Shown: positions 23,549 to 38,085, counted from the whole stretch's first letter. The stretch: 63,375 bases of DNA, filler included, from Octopus bimaculoides (GCF_001194135.2; 4 parts of 4 records of this genome joined end to end with filler, not necessarily neighbours in it); one strand, 5' to 3'. The notes: generated by a model from the letters alone, not told the origin. Numbers and translations: made by a program.

Positions 23549-26500
23549 TTATCGATCACACCATCTTCCCAAATCTATGGCCTTGCACTTAAGTAAATAC
23601 CATGATATGTATCACCGGGACAGTGTTTTGCCGGGCAGTAGAACGTCGAACAAAGTGACTTACGCAGTTAGACACGTGTTTAGTCAGAAATACGTAAATT
23701 GTTATTGTATAAAATATGAGTGCAACTCGTGCCGAGATTGACTTTGGGCTTCACTCCTGGGATCAATTAAATATGTAACTGGTATAGATCTGTTTTCTCC
23801 CTTCTGACCTTGTAGCAATGTTAGAAATCCTTCTATGTGACCCTTTTCCACAAATATGATGTCTCGGGCGATCATTTATGAGAAAATATGAAATTTAAAA
23901 GAAGGTAATAATTACATTACTCCAAATGCAAGCACATCTGTTGATTACATGCAATGTATTGGTTCACAAAACTGTGTTTCCTTCCCTTAAATCCTGCACA
24001 AAACTTGGTCATACAACAGCTTCTCAAATGTCTGCAGTCAGAAGCCTTTTTTCATTAACAGATCTAAAATAAAAGCTATATGTTTCGCACACTGTGGACG
24101 ATGTGTCACCAAAAGCCAGGGTAAAAACGCTCGCAGGTCATGGGCTTTTGTTTTCAGAGTTAATAAACAGAACATTATTCATTATTTTTATGATCTATCG
24201 GTGCCTATTTATCCACCAAGTAATTTTCTAAAATATATACTATAGTTATTCACTGGGAATAGAGACGACAAAACCAAAAAAACTTTCTTTTAGACAGTTT
24301 TTATTTTAACTTACTTTACTCTCTCATTATTTCATTTTCTTTCTTTTTTTTTCATTCTTTCTTTTTACATTTCCTTCTACCATTAAAAAACATAAACAAA
24401 AAAAACAACTTTTTTTTTCAACAAGCTGAGCATTAAATGACAATTGTGTTTTGAAATAAAACAAAACCGATCTACTGACAGCAGTAAAACAAAAACCCTT
24501 AATAAAATAGAAAAACAGCAATTGTAAGACAATATGAAAACGGCACATCTAATCGACTAAACAGTGGTCAACGTGTTGGAATTGTAACTACTACTTAAGG
24601 CGTTTATCGATTTTACTGTTTTATAACATGACATGTACTTACCGTTTTCTGGATTCTAGTGAGAGCCAACGCAGTAGCGTGTTATATATGTAATACAAAT
24701 GTACACACACATATATATGATTGTGTGTGTGTTTGTATGCGTATATACACACACGCACACATACATACGTACATACATACATACATACATACATAATTAC
24801 AGAAATACACACACACACACATACACATCATGTGAATGTGTTTCCTATCGAAAAGACGACTATGCTCTAGATTATTTTTATTTTCTTTTTCATATTTTCG
24901 TATGAATTTCTTGCAGTATATTTTTCACCAATGAAACAAGTTCCTAAATCCATCAACAACGTTTCTAAACCTGTACGAACTCATTGGTGTTGGTATGTAT
25001 TGCTCCCGTTTTATTGTAACACAAGCCGAGACCACATCATCTAGAAGGTGAGACTACGAAAGTTTAGAGATGCTCATGAAGGAATTGTTACCTTTACTTT
25101 TGAAAACAAACTCATATGAGAAAAAAAAAAAGAAAAGCATGGAAAAAGCTACAACTAGGACATCAGTGTGTTTTCACTACGTGCATTGAAAAAGATGGCT
25201 CCGAACCCTCTGATACATACATACATGCATACATACATACATACATACATACATACATACATACATACATACATACGCATGAATGTACGTATGTATGTAT
25301 GTATTTTGAATGCATCTATCTATCTATATATATATATAAATATATATAATATATATATATACATATATAAATATATATATATAATATATATATAAATATA
25401 TATATATACATATATATACATACTTACACATACACACTCACATACACATATGCGTGAGTTTACGTGTATGTCTGTGTAACGAATCTCGAGGAATCGATAT
25501 ATTAGTGATAAGTCCTGTTGGTTCGGAGCAAACACCAAACAACTTGTCTTCACAAAATAATGCTTAGAAAGAAAACACTGAAGTAGCTTTTGGTTGTCTT
25601 TCACCCTGTCTATGAAAGAAGATGGATTTATCTCTTCAATCTAATAAACTATCTTTCAATATTATAGTATTTCTTCCTACTTTGTGTTGTTCCTACATCG
25701 ATCAACCCATTTACAGTTAAGAAGGCTGGGTATTCGAGAGTTAAGGCCACAGGTAAACCATAGTGTTGAAGAAATTACATGAACCATCAACTTTTCGCTT
25801 GGTATCTTATTTACTCGTATGTTATACTCAAGTACTGTTGAACACTAGAGAATATACTTTTTGTGTCCAAATTTGCAGCGATGTTTCGATATCAGTCTGT
25901 GTTATTTCTCAAGCTACTGCTATCTAGCACTTTCGGATGATATCTACTCAACCGTTACACAACTGCTACTCGACTGCTACTCAACAGCTACTCGACTGCT
26001 AATCAACACGCCTACCACGGCCAGACTACCTCTATTTATATGTCTTGGGAGATCCTATTTCTTCGCCTGGGGGCGTCGACACAACAATCTGATAGCTATT
26101 AATATGATAATGTTTTTGGAAAGGCATGCGTGTACCAACAATATGCTTTCCATCAGATAAAACATAAGGGCCGCCATTAAAAGAAATCTTCGTGGGACCA
26201 GAATTATAGAAGGGTGTATACCAAGGAGGGGCAAACAAAAGTGTTTAGTGTAGGATCTAACACGGAATGGAATACAGTAGGCATGGCGAGAAGAAGAGAA
26301 TGAAAAGTTTTGATGAATGTGTTTGCTCAGCTATTTTTTCAGAGAAGTAGAAAATGTAGTATCAGTAGAAATAGCAGAAAGAAGAAGCACTTGTTATTTA
26401 GCTCAGATCAGTCCTGACTGAACATTATTCAATGTGTTCCTGTATTTTTAACACAGTATGGTGCAACTTTTATAAGATTTGGCTGTTATTTCTAGCAGAT

Positions 26501-27489
26501 TGCTTGACTTAGTCGAAGTTACAGTAGCTGCTGTTTATGTTTAGTCCCAAGTTAGTCTTGGTGAATCGTACCAATGGTTTTCCAGCCATGACCATTTCGT
26601 ATTGTTTTCGGTAGAGTACCTACGGCTACATTATTCAAAACATCCTTCTTTTTGATGACGTTATGGTGTAATCTGAGGAAGATTTGACTATTATTTCTTA
26701 CAGGCTAGTCAACCACATAGTGTTGAGAGAAAGCGTATTTGTAGACCAATAGTTGAGTGACACTTTTAATTGAGAGAAACATTTTTAATGTAAGATGACA
26801 TATTTAATGTTGTGTATGTGGCATCACAGTTGAGACGTCGCGTTTCTAATTTACGTGGACGAGAAGACAGAAATCTATTGTATTATTTATATCTTTAATG
26901 ACAAACCATTTCTCTAATAAAGTTATCAGCGTCACTAGAGATTTGACACTGCTCATGGCAAATGATAGTTAACTATAGAGGAAGCTATAAACATCAAAGA
27001 TTTCCTCAACAATGGCATTTAATTTTCAATTTTTCATGTATTCACCTTTGCTTAACACTCTCCAATCCTGCTATATGTATGCACATACAACGAAAATTTG
27101 CACACTAATATCACAATGTCACGCACACAACTTTAAAAGAAAAGACGTGTATGTTAGTGTTTCGTAAGAAGCAAGAGAGACCAACGCATCAAGTATAGAC
27201 TATGATTGGAGACTAGACATATTTAAATGTCACATATTAATAGGTGTACAGAAGCTAGTTTTATCTTAGGTGATATTGGTTTCTTTACTCCGCGTTCTAA
27301 GTTCAAATCTTATCGGGGCTGACTTTGGCTTTCATCCCTTCGGAGTCAAAAAACAAAGTAGCCAGTGAAATGACAGAGTCGTTTACTTATTTCCCTCACC
27401 TCCATCTTCCTCTGTGTGTGTGTGTGTGTGTGTTCTCTTGTAAAACTTTAAAATGCAAATCAATTTACAGTTAGTGAGAAAGAGAGAGA

Positions 27490-27547
<58 letters not shown>

Positions 27548-27744
27548 GTGAGAAAGAGTGAGAAAGAGAGAGAGGGAGAGAGAGAAAATGGAATATTTGA
27601 CATTGTCCGTACGATTCCCCCCAACCGATGTAGCGTCTTAGGACGATTCCTCAATTCATCTTACCGCCGCATTGTTTCTTTCCAGGTTAACTGACATCTG
27701 ACTCTTCAAAGAAGACTTCAGAAGTAACATGTAGCATGTCCTTG

Positions 27745-28040
27745 CTTTCACTGGTTGCTCACCCTCCCTATTCTTTTAATTTGGCCCCATCTGACTATCA
27801 TCTGTTCTCCAACATAAAAAAAAAACAAAAAATACTTGGTTGGGAAGCAATATTGCACTGACGATGACGTCATATCTGTTGTTGATGGCATTTTTTTTTA
27901 ACAACGGGATGAAAGCTTCTTCACCAATAGGATCGAAGTTCTGCAGCATCGCAACGGGTCTATGTTGAAAAATAAACCTAATTTGGTCGTATTCCATGAG
28001 TGTCTTAGTCAGCCTATGATTTTTTCAGCCGACTCTCGTA
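27745..28040 (+). mobile_element. Mariner (DD34D-type) transposase 3' remnant with right end
   Basis: Translates ..HPPYSFNLAPSDYHLFSN..GKQYCTDDDVISVV..DESFFTNRIEVLQH, matching the mariner YSPDLAPSDYHLF motif; ends TTTTCAGCCGACTCTCG|TA. Confidence 0.8.
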
Positions 28041-28277
28041 TTTTATGTATCACTCTGTAAAAACATACCATCTTAACTGGGTGATGCAGTTATAGATTTA
28101 GAAATTTGACTAGTGATGGACTTCGACTTCAGCTTTCGGCTTTGCATTACCTGGAGTGCAATACCGATCACAAGACTCTTTTGTTAGACTGGTGTATTTT
28201 TATATTCAGAGAGTTTAAGAAGTATTTAGTCTGGATTAATACCACTCTATGTTTTGTTATATATATATATATACATA

Positions 28278-28734
28278 CATCAGTTGAATAAAGTTACATG
28301 ACCTGGTTTTCACGTTTTTTATTATTGTATTAAAAAAATGTTTTTACAATGTTGGACATTACTGTAATAAAACGACTGACTTCTTCCCTTTTTATACTTT
28401 TCAGAAGGCCTAAACGGTGCGCCCGACAAACCATGACGTTTAAGCTGCATGTTGATTGGTCAAAACTGTATTCGAAAAAGGGCCTTCTAAAAGGTATAAA
28501 AAGGAAGAAGTCAGTCATTTTACTACAGTTGTCAAGAACTCAACTCAACTGTCAGTCAATGCATTTTGAAATTTGATGATTACTACGAACGTATGAAAGC
28601 GTTAATTGAACTTTATGAACATTACTACATATCTTTTTAATGTTTAACACACTCCAGCATTGTAAAACTTTTTAAAAAATACAATAATAAAAAACGTGAA
28701 AACCAGACCATGCTGTAACTTTATTCGACTGATA
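28278..28734. mobile_element. MITE with long imperfect TIRs and TA flanks
   Basis: CATCAGTTGAATAAAGTTAC..CTGGTTTTCACGTTTTTTATTATTGTATT inverts to AATACAATAATAAAAAACGTGAAAACCAG..GTAACTTTATTCGACTGATA; inner pair GACTGACTTCTTCC..GAAGGCC / GGCCTTC..GGAAGAAGTCAGTC. Confidence 0.8.
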
Positions 28735-30257
28735 TATTATTTTATACACATTTACACGAATTCGGAAATATATATATATATATATATCAACAGTCTAGAT
28801 TTCATTCCTCCAAAATGCTATTCCATTGATTTACAAACAATGTTTCCATTGTGCTCCACAACTAATTCACCGCTTTATCTCTTGCTATCTCTCCTGTGTC
28901 TACAACAATGAATCCTGTTTTCTGAATTACCTTCCTTTCCTTCTCTCATCGTAGTAAGAACCATAAGTCCTTTCTGTCCAAGACTACAGCTCTCTGGAAT
29001 TTTCTCCATCATATTTTTCCTGCTACCGTAACTCTGCATCAAACCAGTCAAGTTGATTATTAACTGTATCGACCTCACCATTCTGAAAGGGACTGCCAAG
29101 ATTACAGAAATCTCCATTGTATCTCAAAATAAGTAATGAAAAATAATAATAAATAGATAAAAAGAAGTTGTATCCTATTATAATCTTGCTGAAGCTATAA
29201 TTTTAGTGGATGATCAGAAATAGAATACATATAAAGTAGTTACAAAGTTCCTGTAGCTTAGTGAAGGGAAATTAGGTATTATTTATTGATGTAAGATGAA
29301 ATACGGCATTTAGAAATCGAAACCATGATAGTGGTTTATTATTTGTCATATGGCATTTACCACGAATAAACTATAAGCTAAAAAGTAAGCAACTACGGCA
29401 AACGAGATAAGATGCTGTGAATTCAAGAGCTCGGAGGCTCTGATCCAACAAATCCCGTTGTGTTCTTTGAGAATATCACGTAAAGCAGACACCGGAGATG
29501 ATGTAGAGAAGACATATGCTATATTAAGCAGCCAACGAACATTGTTAATTTGGGCATTGTAAACTCAGCATACATGACACCCAAGAAAGAATATAGTTAC
29601 AATAACTACGTACTAGGAAATGAAATGCAATTTTACGACATATAGCTGAAGGAAGCAAGAAGCGACACTATATATTTTAGGCAACTAAATAAGAAAAGTG
29701 CAGCTTGCAACAAAGAACAGTAATAAATCAGAGAATTTCTTTTTAGTGTTTTGTAGTTGTATTTCTTAAAAAATGTTGTTAAGCCTTGAGAAAAATGTCT
29801 CGTTACAACAGACGTTGTCAAATGGTGTTAAGGGCCTGTCTTCGCTGTAGTTGTTGCGTTGGATGCAAATTGAAATAACCTTAAGCGAAGAATACGATTT
29901 AGAATATATGCTTAGACATGCATATAGACATTTCTCCAGATGTCGAGCTGTCTGTATGTGTATGCTTAATTACAATTATGTGGATGCATACGCACACGCG
30001 CATGTATATATATNNNNNNNNNNNNNNNNNNNNNNNNNNNNNNNNNNNNNNNNNNNNNNNNNNNNNNNNNNNNNNNNNNNNNNNNNNNNNNNNNNNNNNN
30101 NNNNNNNNNNNNNNNNNNNNNNNNNNNNNNTATGTATGTATGTATATATGTATGTATATATGTGTGTATGTATGTGTGTATGTATATGAATATATATATA
30201 CACATGCATACACACATACATACACATTTATACACCTATGTGTACAAGTGTTTGCCT

Positions 30258-30288
<31 letters not shown>

Positions 30289-30481
30289 GTGTGCGTGCGT
30301 GTGTGTGCGTGCGTGTGCGCGCATATGTGCGTTTGTGTTCGAATGAAAGAAAGTGTTTGTGGATAGACATGTATTCACAAATATATGCATTTTTGTACAT
30401 TAGGAATACGTATGAGCAAATGTATATGTGTATGGGGTATATAAACATACACCTGCACTCACCCACAGACACAGACACACG

Positions 30482-30543
<62 letters not shown>

Positions 30544-30643
30544 NNNNNNNNNNNNNNNNNNNNNNNNNNNNNNNNNNNNNNNNNNNNTTAATTAATTAAN
30601 NNNNNNNNNNNNNNNNNNNNNNNNNNNNNNNNNNNNNNNNNNN

Positions 30644-30877
30644 CCTGACCTGGTGGGGCAGAATCTAGTTAGGTCGTGGTGATCTAAGTATTCATTATTA
30701 TAAACGAGCTTTAGGAGGAGGCCTAGTTCCCTCGTGTTCACTTCACGGAAGGTTACTTCATTTTCCGAAATAATTTCAACACATCTCTCAACGGCAAAGT
30801 CAATGTCAATGGATGGATAGAGAGATGCTACATCCATACTGCCTATAATACAATCTGTCAGGTCATGGGAGCAGTTA
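30644..30877 (-). mobile_element. Penelope-like reverse transcriptase fragment
   Basis: Open between two gaps: IIGSMDVASLYPSIDIDFAVERCVEII, matching the PLE RT motif S.DV.SLY..I. Confidence 0.75.
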
Positions 30878-30887
30878 NNNNNNNNNN

Positions 30888-30926
<39 letters not shown>

Positions 30927-31689
30927 TGCACAAATTTCCGTGTGCATTATTTGATGGGGCGTATGAAGATGCTATATAGATACTAGCATATACTACGAAG
31001 GGTATGAACAGTGTAAATCGACGATGAGAGAGAGACGCATGTAGATTGAGAGAGAGATAGATAGAAGGCACATATATGGAAATGGGGTGAATATAAAGAT
31101 GGCTGATAAGGACAAATTAGGTTTACGCCCGATTAAAGTATATGGCGGCTGCATACATTTTCGGAGAAAGAAAACTAATGAATGATATCTTCCAGAAGAT
31201 AGATCGACCTGAGATTTACAAACAGAAGAATTCAGACTTGCGAACAAGTTTGCGGTGAGAGTTTATGATGTATGCTCATTTCCAAATTAATTCAGAAATT
31301 TTTGACGAGACAGTAGGATAATTATAACGGGTGTAACATGGGAAGTGAGTTGTTTATTTTTATTTATCTTATATCGCAATTGTTGAAGAGAGTCGACGGT
31401 TAAACATTTATAACTGGACAGTCACTGGTTGAGTAAATATGGGACACCAATGGTTCAGTGAATGCCAATGGCTGATCGTAACTTTGAAAGCAGCGTAACT
31501 CGATCTAAAACAAATATCTCAGTAGTATTCATTCATAAGGCATATGCTCGCGCGTGTGTACATATTTCCAAGTATATGCACGCACATATATATATATACC
31601 TATATATATATATATTTATTTATTTATTTATTTATTTATTTATGGGTTTCAGCCAAGTGGCTGTGGTCATGCTGGAGCACCACCGTGAT

Positions 31690-32500
31690 TTTTTGTCTTT
31701 ATATGCTTTGCTCTCTTCACGTTCCTTGCATGGCTCTTCTCCTGCACCTGATATAGTCCAATCAAGAGTTTTGATGGCACATCTGGTGTATAAGAGAATT
31801 TGACATCGCTGCCCTAAACTGTGTCTCATTTCGAGCCATTGGTTCGTCTGGTATCGTGGAGAGGAAAGCGTCGAGTTTTGTCTTGAAGACCTCCACATCC
31901 GTGTCTTGCAGGTCTCTCAAATNNNNNNNNNNNNNNNNNNNNNNNNNNNNNNNNNNNNNNNNNNNNNNNNNNNNNNNNNNNNNNNNNNNNNNNNNNNNNN
32001 NNNNNNNNNNNNNNNNNNNNNNNNNNNNNNNNNNNNNNNNNNNNNNNNNNNNNNNNNNNNNNNNNNNNNNNNNNNNNNNNNNGAGGTCCTCTGAAACCGA
32101 GGCTACTGCAGTATCTTGTTCTTATGTGAGATGCAGTGGACGGCACCTTTGGCACCATGCAGTGGCGACCCGTGCGGGGATTCCTGTAGTACTTGATGCC
32201 AAAGTTTAGCACCAGTCCTTCCAGTATTTTTCATATGTAAATTATTACATATCTCTCTCGCCTGCGTTCCAGGGAGTAGAGACCTAGTGCCTGCAGTCGT
32301 TCCCTGTAGTTCATCTGCTGGACTGTGGCGATCTTTTTTGTATAGTGCCTCTGAACTGCCTCGAGTTCTGCTGACCGTTTGACACTGTGTGGTGACCACA
32401 ACTGAGAGCAATAGTCTAGGCGGATCAGGACAAATGTCTTCCATAGAGTCAGCATGACTTTTTGATCCCTTGTACGGAATGTCTTCAGTATCCACCTCTC
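31690..32500 (-). mobile_element. CR1/L2-group LINE 3' end (post-RT domain and 3' UTR)
   Basis: WILKTFRTRD..LTLWKTFVLIRLDYCSQLWSPH..ELEAVQRHYTKKI..YRERLQALGLYSLERRRER, continuing past the gap as FKTKLDAFLSTIPDEP..stop at 31762. Confidence 0.85.
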
Positions 32501-32826
32501 TGTCTGTCTGTATGTATGCATGTGGTCATCACTAAAACTCGAGAACTACCCTAACGATTACATTCAAATGTTGCCCATGCCTTACTTAGGGTCTATGGAG
32601 TGTCATGGCCAAAGCAAGTTTCAACACCTCACCTAATGCAAGCCCGTAGTAATCTCTTGTCTCTTACACTGTTTCGGTATTACGTTTCAAAATTTAAACG
32701 CTAACATCTCTATTGTAATGTGATATAATAATTTCACTATTATATGATTTCAATTTCAATTACTTTCAGTATGTATATATACATATATATATATATGTAT
32801 ATATACATACATATATATATATACAT

Positions 32827-32881
<55 letters not shown>

Positions 32882-33494
32882 NNNNNNNNNNNNNNNNNNN
32901 NNNNNNNNNNNNNNNNNNNNNNNNNNNNNNNNNNNNNNNNNNNNNNNNNNNNNNNNNNNNNNNNNNNNNNNNNNNNNNNNNNNNNNNNNNNNNNNNNNNN
33001 NNNNNNNNNNNNNNNNNNNNNNNNNNNNNNNNNNNNNNNNNNNNNNNNNNNNNNNNNNNNNNNNNNNNNNNNNNNNNNNNNNNNNNNNNNNNNNNNNNNN
33101 NNNNNNNNNNNNNNNNNNNNNNNNNNNNNNNNNNNNNNNNNNNNNNNNNNNNNNNNNNNNNNNNNNNNNNNNNNNNNNNNNNNNNNNNNNNNNNNNNNNN
33201 NNNNNNNNNNNNNNNNNNNNNNNNNNNNNNNNNNNNNNNNNNNNNNNNNNNNNNNNNNNNNNNNNNNNNNNNNNNNNNNNNNNNNNNNNNNNNNNNNNNN
33301 NNNNNNNNNNNNNNNNNNNNNNNNNNNNNNNNNNNNNNNNNNNNNNNNNNNNNNNNNNNNNNNNNNNNNNNNNNNNNNNNNNNNNNNNNNNNNNNNNNNN
33401 NNNNNNNNNNNNNNNGCAATAATATAAATAATATATATCCATATGCATTTGAACATACATATATGTACATACCTACCTATATATGTATATATGC

Positions 33495-34030
33495 ATGCTT
33501 ATTTGTGTACAGGACTTTACAAAAAACGTGAAAAAAATGAAAAACGAGAACATAAAAAACAAAAACATGGAATACGAACTTTTTTTCGAACAACGAAAGA
33601 AACAAATAGAGAAACGAGACAGGCAGCATAAAGAACTATCCCTTTATCAGTTGTCTCCTGTTTTATCTACTCCGCGTTTCGAAATTTGGGACAAGACGCG
33701 ACTTCATTAAAACAGTCGCTCCCGCAAAGCAAATTAAATAAATATAAATTGGGATTTGTGGAGGGTTAAATTGGTAAAAAAAGACAGGACAGTAAGAACA
33801 AAACAGTAAAAACAAACTGTAATAGATGTTAAGCCATAACGAGGTGAAGGGGTGAACGCTGGAGAAAAGAGCTTTGACAAGAGACAGGCAAAAGTATGTC
33901 TTGTCTCTTGTTAAGCAAGAGGAAAAAAGAAAGATAACCGCTAGTTACGTGTAAGCAACGAAAGAGACAAGGAGGAAGAGTGAGTGAGAGAGAGGGAGAG
34001 AGAAAGAGAACGGTGAAGGGAGAGGAGAAG
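33495..34030. repeat. Unclassified ~550 bp interspersed repeat, copy 1
   Basis: Collinear, diverged similarity to 49660-50200 (ACAGGAC..CGAACAACGAAA..AAAGCAAATTAAATA..GGGATTT.GTGGAGGGT..ACGAGGTGA..GAGACAGGCAA). Confidence 0.7.
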
Positions 34031-34789
34031 AAAAACAAAAAGCAAGAAGAATAATAGGGGGAGAATAGAAATATTTGTAGAATGGGCATAAAATTATCAA
34101 GATATAACTTACTTAGAAATGGATGCATGGCGTTCGATCACATAATAATAATATAAATAATATATATATGCATATATACATACTTATATGTACTTGGAAA
34201 TATGTACTCACGCGCCAGCATATGCCTTACGAACGAATACTACTGAGATATTTGTTTTAGATCGAATTACACTGCTTTCAGAGTTACGATCAGCCATTGA
34301 CATTCACTGAATCAGTGGTGTCCCATATTCACTCAACCATATATACATATATATANNNNNNNNNNNNNNNNNNNNNNNNNNNNNNNNNNNNNNNNNNNNN
34401 NNNNNNNNNNNNNNNNNNNNNNNNNNNNNNNNNNNNNNNNNNNNNNNNNNNNNNNNNNNNNNNNNNNNNNNNNNNNNNNNNNNNNNNNNNNNNNNNNNNN
34501 NNNNNNNNNNNNNNNNNNNNNNNNNNNNNNNNNNNNNNNNNNNNNNNNNNNNNNNNNNNNNNNNNNNNNNNNNNNNNNNNNNNNNNNNNNNNNNNNNNNN
34601 NNNNNNNNNNNNNNNNNNNNNNNNNNNNNNNNNNNNNNNNNNNTACCTGGTTTCCACAGCGTATGAGTGGTAAGTGAACGAGATCACATTTCATTGGATA
34701 AGACTCCAGCCCGTAGCAAGCCTACTATTTTATAGTTAAACGGATTAATATGAAATGAAGAGTTTTTTTTGTTTTTTTTTCCATTTTCT

Positions 34790-34988
<199 letters not shown>

Positions 34989-35077
34989 GCACACACACGC
35001 ACACAAACACACAGTGCACACACACGTACATACGTATAGCTAGATAGATAGATAGATAAATAAATAAATAGATAGAC

Positions 35078-35122
<45 letters not shown>

Positions 35123-35192
35123 TCCACATCTACACGCACACAAAACGGGCTTCGACATGTTGTTCTACAATATTAGTTACAAGTCAAGTCGT

Positions 35193-35590
35193 TGATCTGG
35201 CAGAAGCGTTAGCACACCGGGTGAAATGCATAGTTGTATTTTATCTCTCTGTACGTTCTGAGTTCAAATTCCGCCGAGGTTGACTTTTTCTTTCGGTGAC
35301 GAAAAATTAAGTACCAGATGCGTACTGGAGTCGATCTAATCGACTAGCCCCCTCCCTAAAAATTTCGGTCCTTTTGCCTGGAGTAGAAAAGAATATTAGT
35401 TTCAAATTTTGGCACAAGGTGAGCAATTTCAAGGAAGAGGAATAGTCGATTACAATGACCGTGGTGTTCGACTGGTATTTATTTTATCGATCCCCGAAAG
35501 GATTAAAAACAAAGTCGAACTGGATAAGGAGGAAACGCTGCTAAGCATTTTGTCCGGCGTGCTAACGTTTCTGCCATCTCGCTGCCTAAT
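35193..35590. mobile_element. Tail-to-tail inverted pair of SINE family A copies
   Basis: A + copy at ~35193-35398 is followed almost immediately by a - copy at ~35399-35590 ending GCGTGCTAACGTTTCTGCCATCTCGCTGCC. Confidence 0.8.
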
Positions 35591-35845
35591 TTTGTTCCAT
35601 AATATTACTGATAAAATTGTTTTTATTCTTGGGAAGGGTAACAACATTTAAAATAAGCGACATGGGGGAAGAGAGGAGGAAAGAAGAATAGAGCGTGAAA
35701 AATATAAGAAGAGAAAAGAGGCTGGAAATAAAGGCAAGGAGGATGGATGGAAGGAACGAAGAAAGAAAGAAAGAAAGTAAGAAAGAAAGAAAGAAAGTAA
35801 GAAAGAAAGAAAGAAGAAAAGAAAGAAAGAAAGAAAGAAAAAAAA

Positions 35846-35877
<32 letters not shown>

Positions 35878-37022
35878 AGAAAATATGGAAAGAGAAAATG
35901 ATAGAGATATGAATGTGGAGTCGGGTTGGCAGAATCAGAAGAGCATCACACAAAATGCTCACGGCTCTGTATTCTGTGTTAGAATCCTATAGAGGTCAAC
36001 TTTGACTTTCATTCTTCCGGGTTGGATAAAATAAAGGTTCTAGGCTAGGTGAGGGACGTGGTGGTTTAATATTTTCATAAAGTATCCTAGACGTAAATGG
36101 TATTATGGTAGAAAAAAATGGATAGAAGGAAATGAAGAAAAAAAATTAAGCGAAATTTGAAAAAAGTAATGCAGCATTGAAAAGAAAAGAGGTAAACGGA
36201 AGACAACTGAATATTACACGAGAAAGAGAAAGAAAATATAGGAGATTGTTAAAAAAAACAAAACAAAAAAAACGTCATATGAATAGAAGAAAAAAGGAAA
36301 TGAAGAGAGTTAGGGTGACACATAGATAGGCTGACAGAGGAAAAATGAGTAAGCGCTGAATTGATGAAGTTAATTCTTTAAAAATGAAATACAAAAAATA
36401 AAAGCAGTGACGAGGCGAGTAATACTATATAAATAAGGATGGAGAGAAGGAAAGAAGAGGAAACGTCAATGTAAAAGAAGGGTGTGAGGAGAAAGAAAGA
36501 GGGGATCGATGGAGGGAGGGATGGAATTAAATGCAGGGCGGAGTGAAAAAGAATAGAGAGTAAATTGTAAAAAGGAAAATGAAAAAATGACAAAAAGAAA
36601 AGAAGGGACGGAAAGAAAGAAAGTAGGAAAAGAAAAGCAAATAGTCAGGGAAATTATGAAAATTGGGAAAAGAATAAACGAGAGACTAGCATTAGCAACG
36701 AAGAAAGAAAGAAGGAAATAAAAAAAAATTAAAATAACTGGAAAAGAGAAGAGAGGAAGTGTTTGCGCAAAAGAGAGAGACGGGAGGGAAAGAATGAGAA
36801 AGAAAGAAACAAGGTAAAAAAAAATGGATAAACGAATGATATTTAAAGCGGAGTGAGAAGAAATAAAGTTGATTAAAACAAAGAAAAAAAGACTGATAAA
36901 AAAGAAAAGAAAGAAAGAAAAAGAATGAACGACAGAGTAGTCAGCAAGGACAAGTTTTTAAATCAGAAAGAGAAGAAAAGAAAAACAAAGGGCGTAACAA
37001 AGGGCAACGAAGAAAGACAGCT

Positions 37023-37053
<31 letters not shown>

Positions 37054-37708
37054 GACAGAGACAGAGAGCGAAATACATACATACATACATACATACATAC
37101 ATACATACATACATACATACATACATAGACGAATGGAAAAATGAAGAAATAGAAAAATATATAGTGAGAAAGATGAAGATGGCGTAAAAAGATAAACAAA
37201 ATTAACAAAACAAAATCATAAGGAATGGAAAAAATAAAAAAATAAAAACATAAAAAGGCGTGTAAAGTGTTAGAGGAAAATACGTTTACGAAGGCCGAGA
37301 GAACGAAGTAAAAAATTAAAACTGGCAAATATATTTTAAAGACAGTGTTAAAATAACATTTTTTTAATGACAAAAAAAATGTCGGAAAGTGTATAAAGAG
37401 AAAATCTCAGAGCTACAGAGAAACTGCAGCTTCATCACTTCTATGTTTTCCTTTATACCGATAAGAAATTGGAATTTATTGTTTTATGGATTCACATATA
37501 TATATAATGATATAAGCATGTATAAGTTCTTAGTAATGTTTGCATAGTTGGTTTTCTGCTGCTGGTAGTCTCTCCTAAGGGTCTATAGCATATTTTGAGG
37601 AGAAAGAATTATACGTACATACATACATACAAATATATATATGTATGCATATATACATGTATACACACACACACACACACACACACACGAGCACAAGCAC
37701 ATACACAT

Positions 37709-38085
37709 AGGCACAGGCGTAGCTGTGTTTTAAGAATAACATCTTTTCGAGTTCGGTCCTACTGCCTGGCAACTTAGGCAAGTATCTTATATTATACCGC
37801 AGACCGACCAAAGCCCTGTGAGCGGATTTGGTAGACGGAAACTGAAAGAAGCTGGTCGTATAGATACATACATACCTACATACATACAAACATACGTACA
37901 TACATATATATTAAAAGTCAGGGTACAATATATGTGTGTGTGCATGTGCTTGTCTTTGTATCTCTGTCCCTCACCATCGGTTGATAACTGGTGCGATATG
38001 TTCACTTCCCCGTAACTTAGCCGTGCAGCAAAGCGACCGATAGAATAAGTACAAGGCTTAAAATGATAAGTCCCAGGGTCTATCC
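37709..38085 (+). mobile_element. SINE family B copy running into a gap
   Basis: AGGCACAGGCGTAGCTGTG..CCGACCAAAGCCCTGTGAGCGGATTTGGTAGACGGAAACTGAAAGAAG, (CATA)n insert, GACCGATAGAATAAGTAC. Confidence 0.85.

Noticed and set aside
28875-29117. 80-aa ORF with a possible internal exon (CAG|..GAAG|GTAATT)
   Set aside because: No recognisable homology, and such splice-like sites are common by chance.
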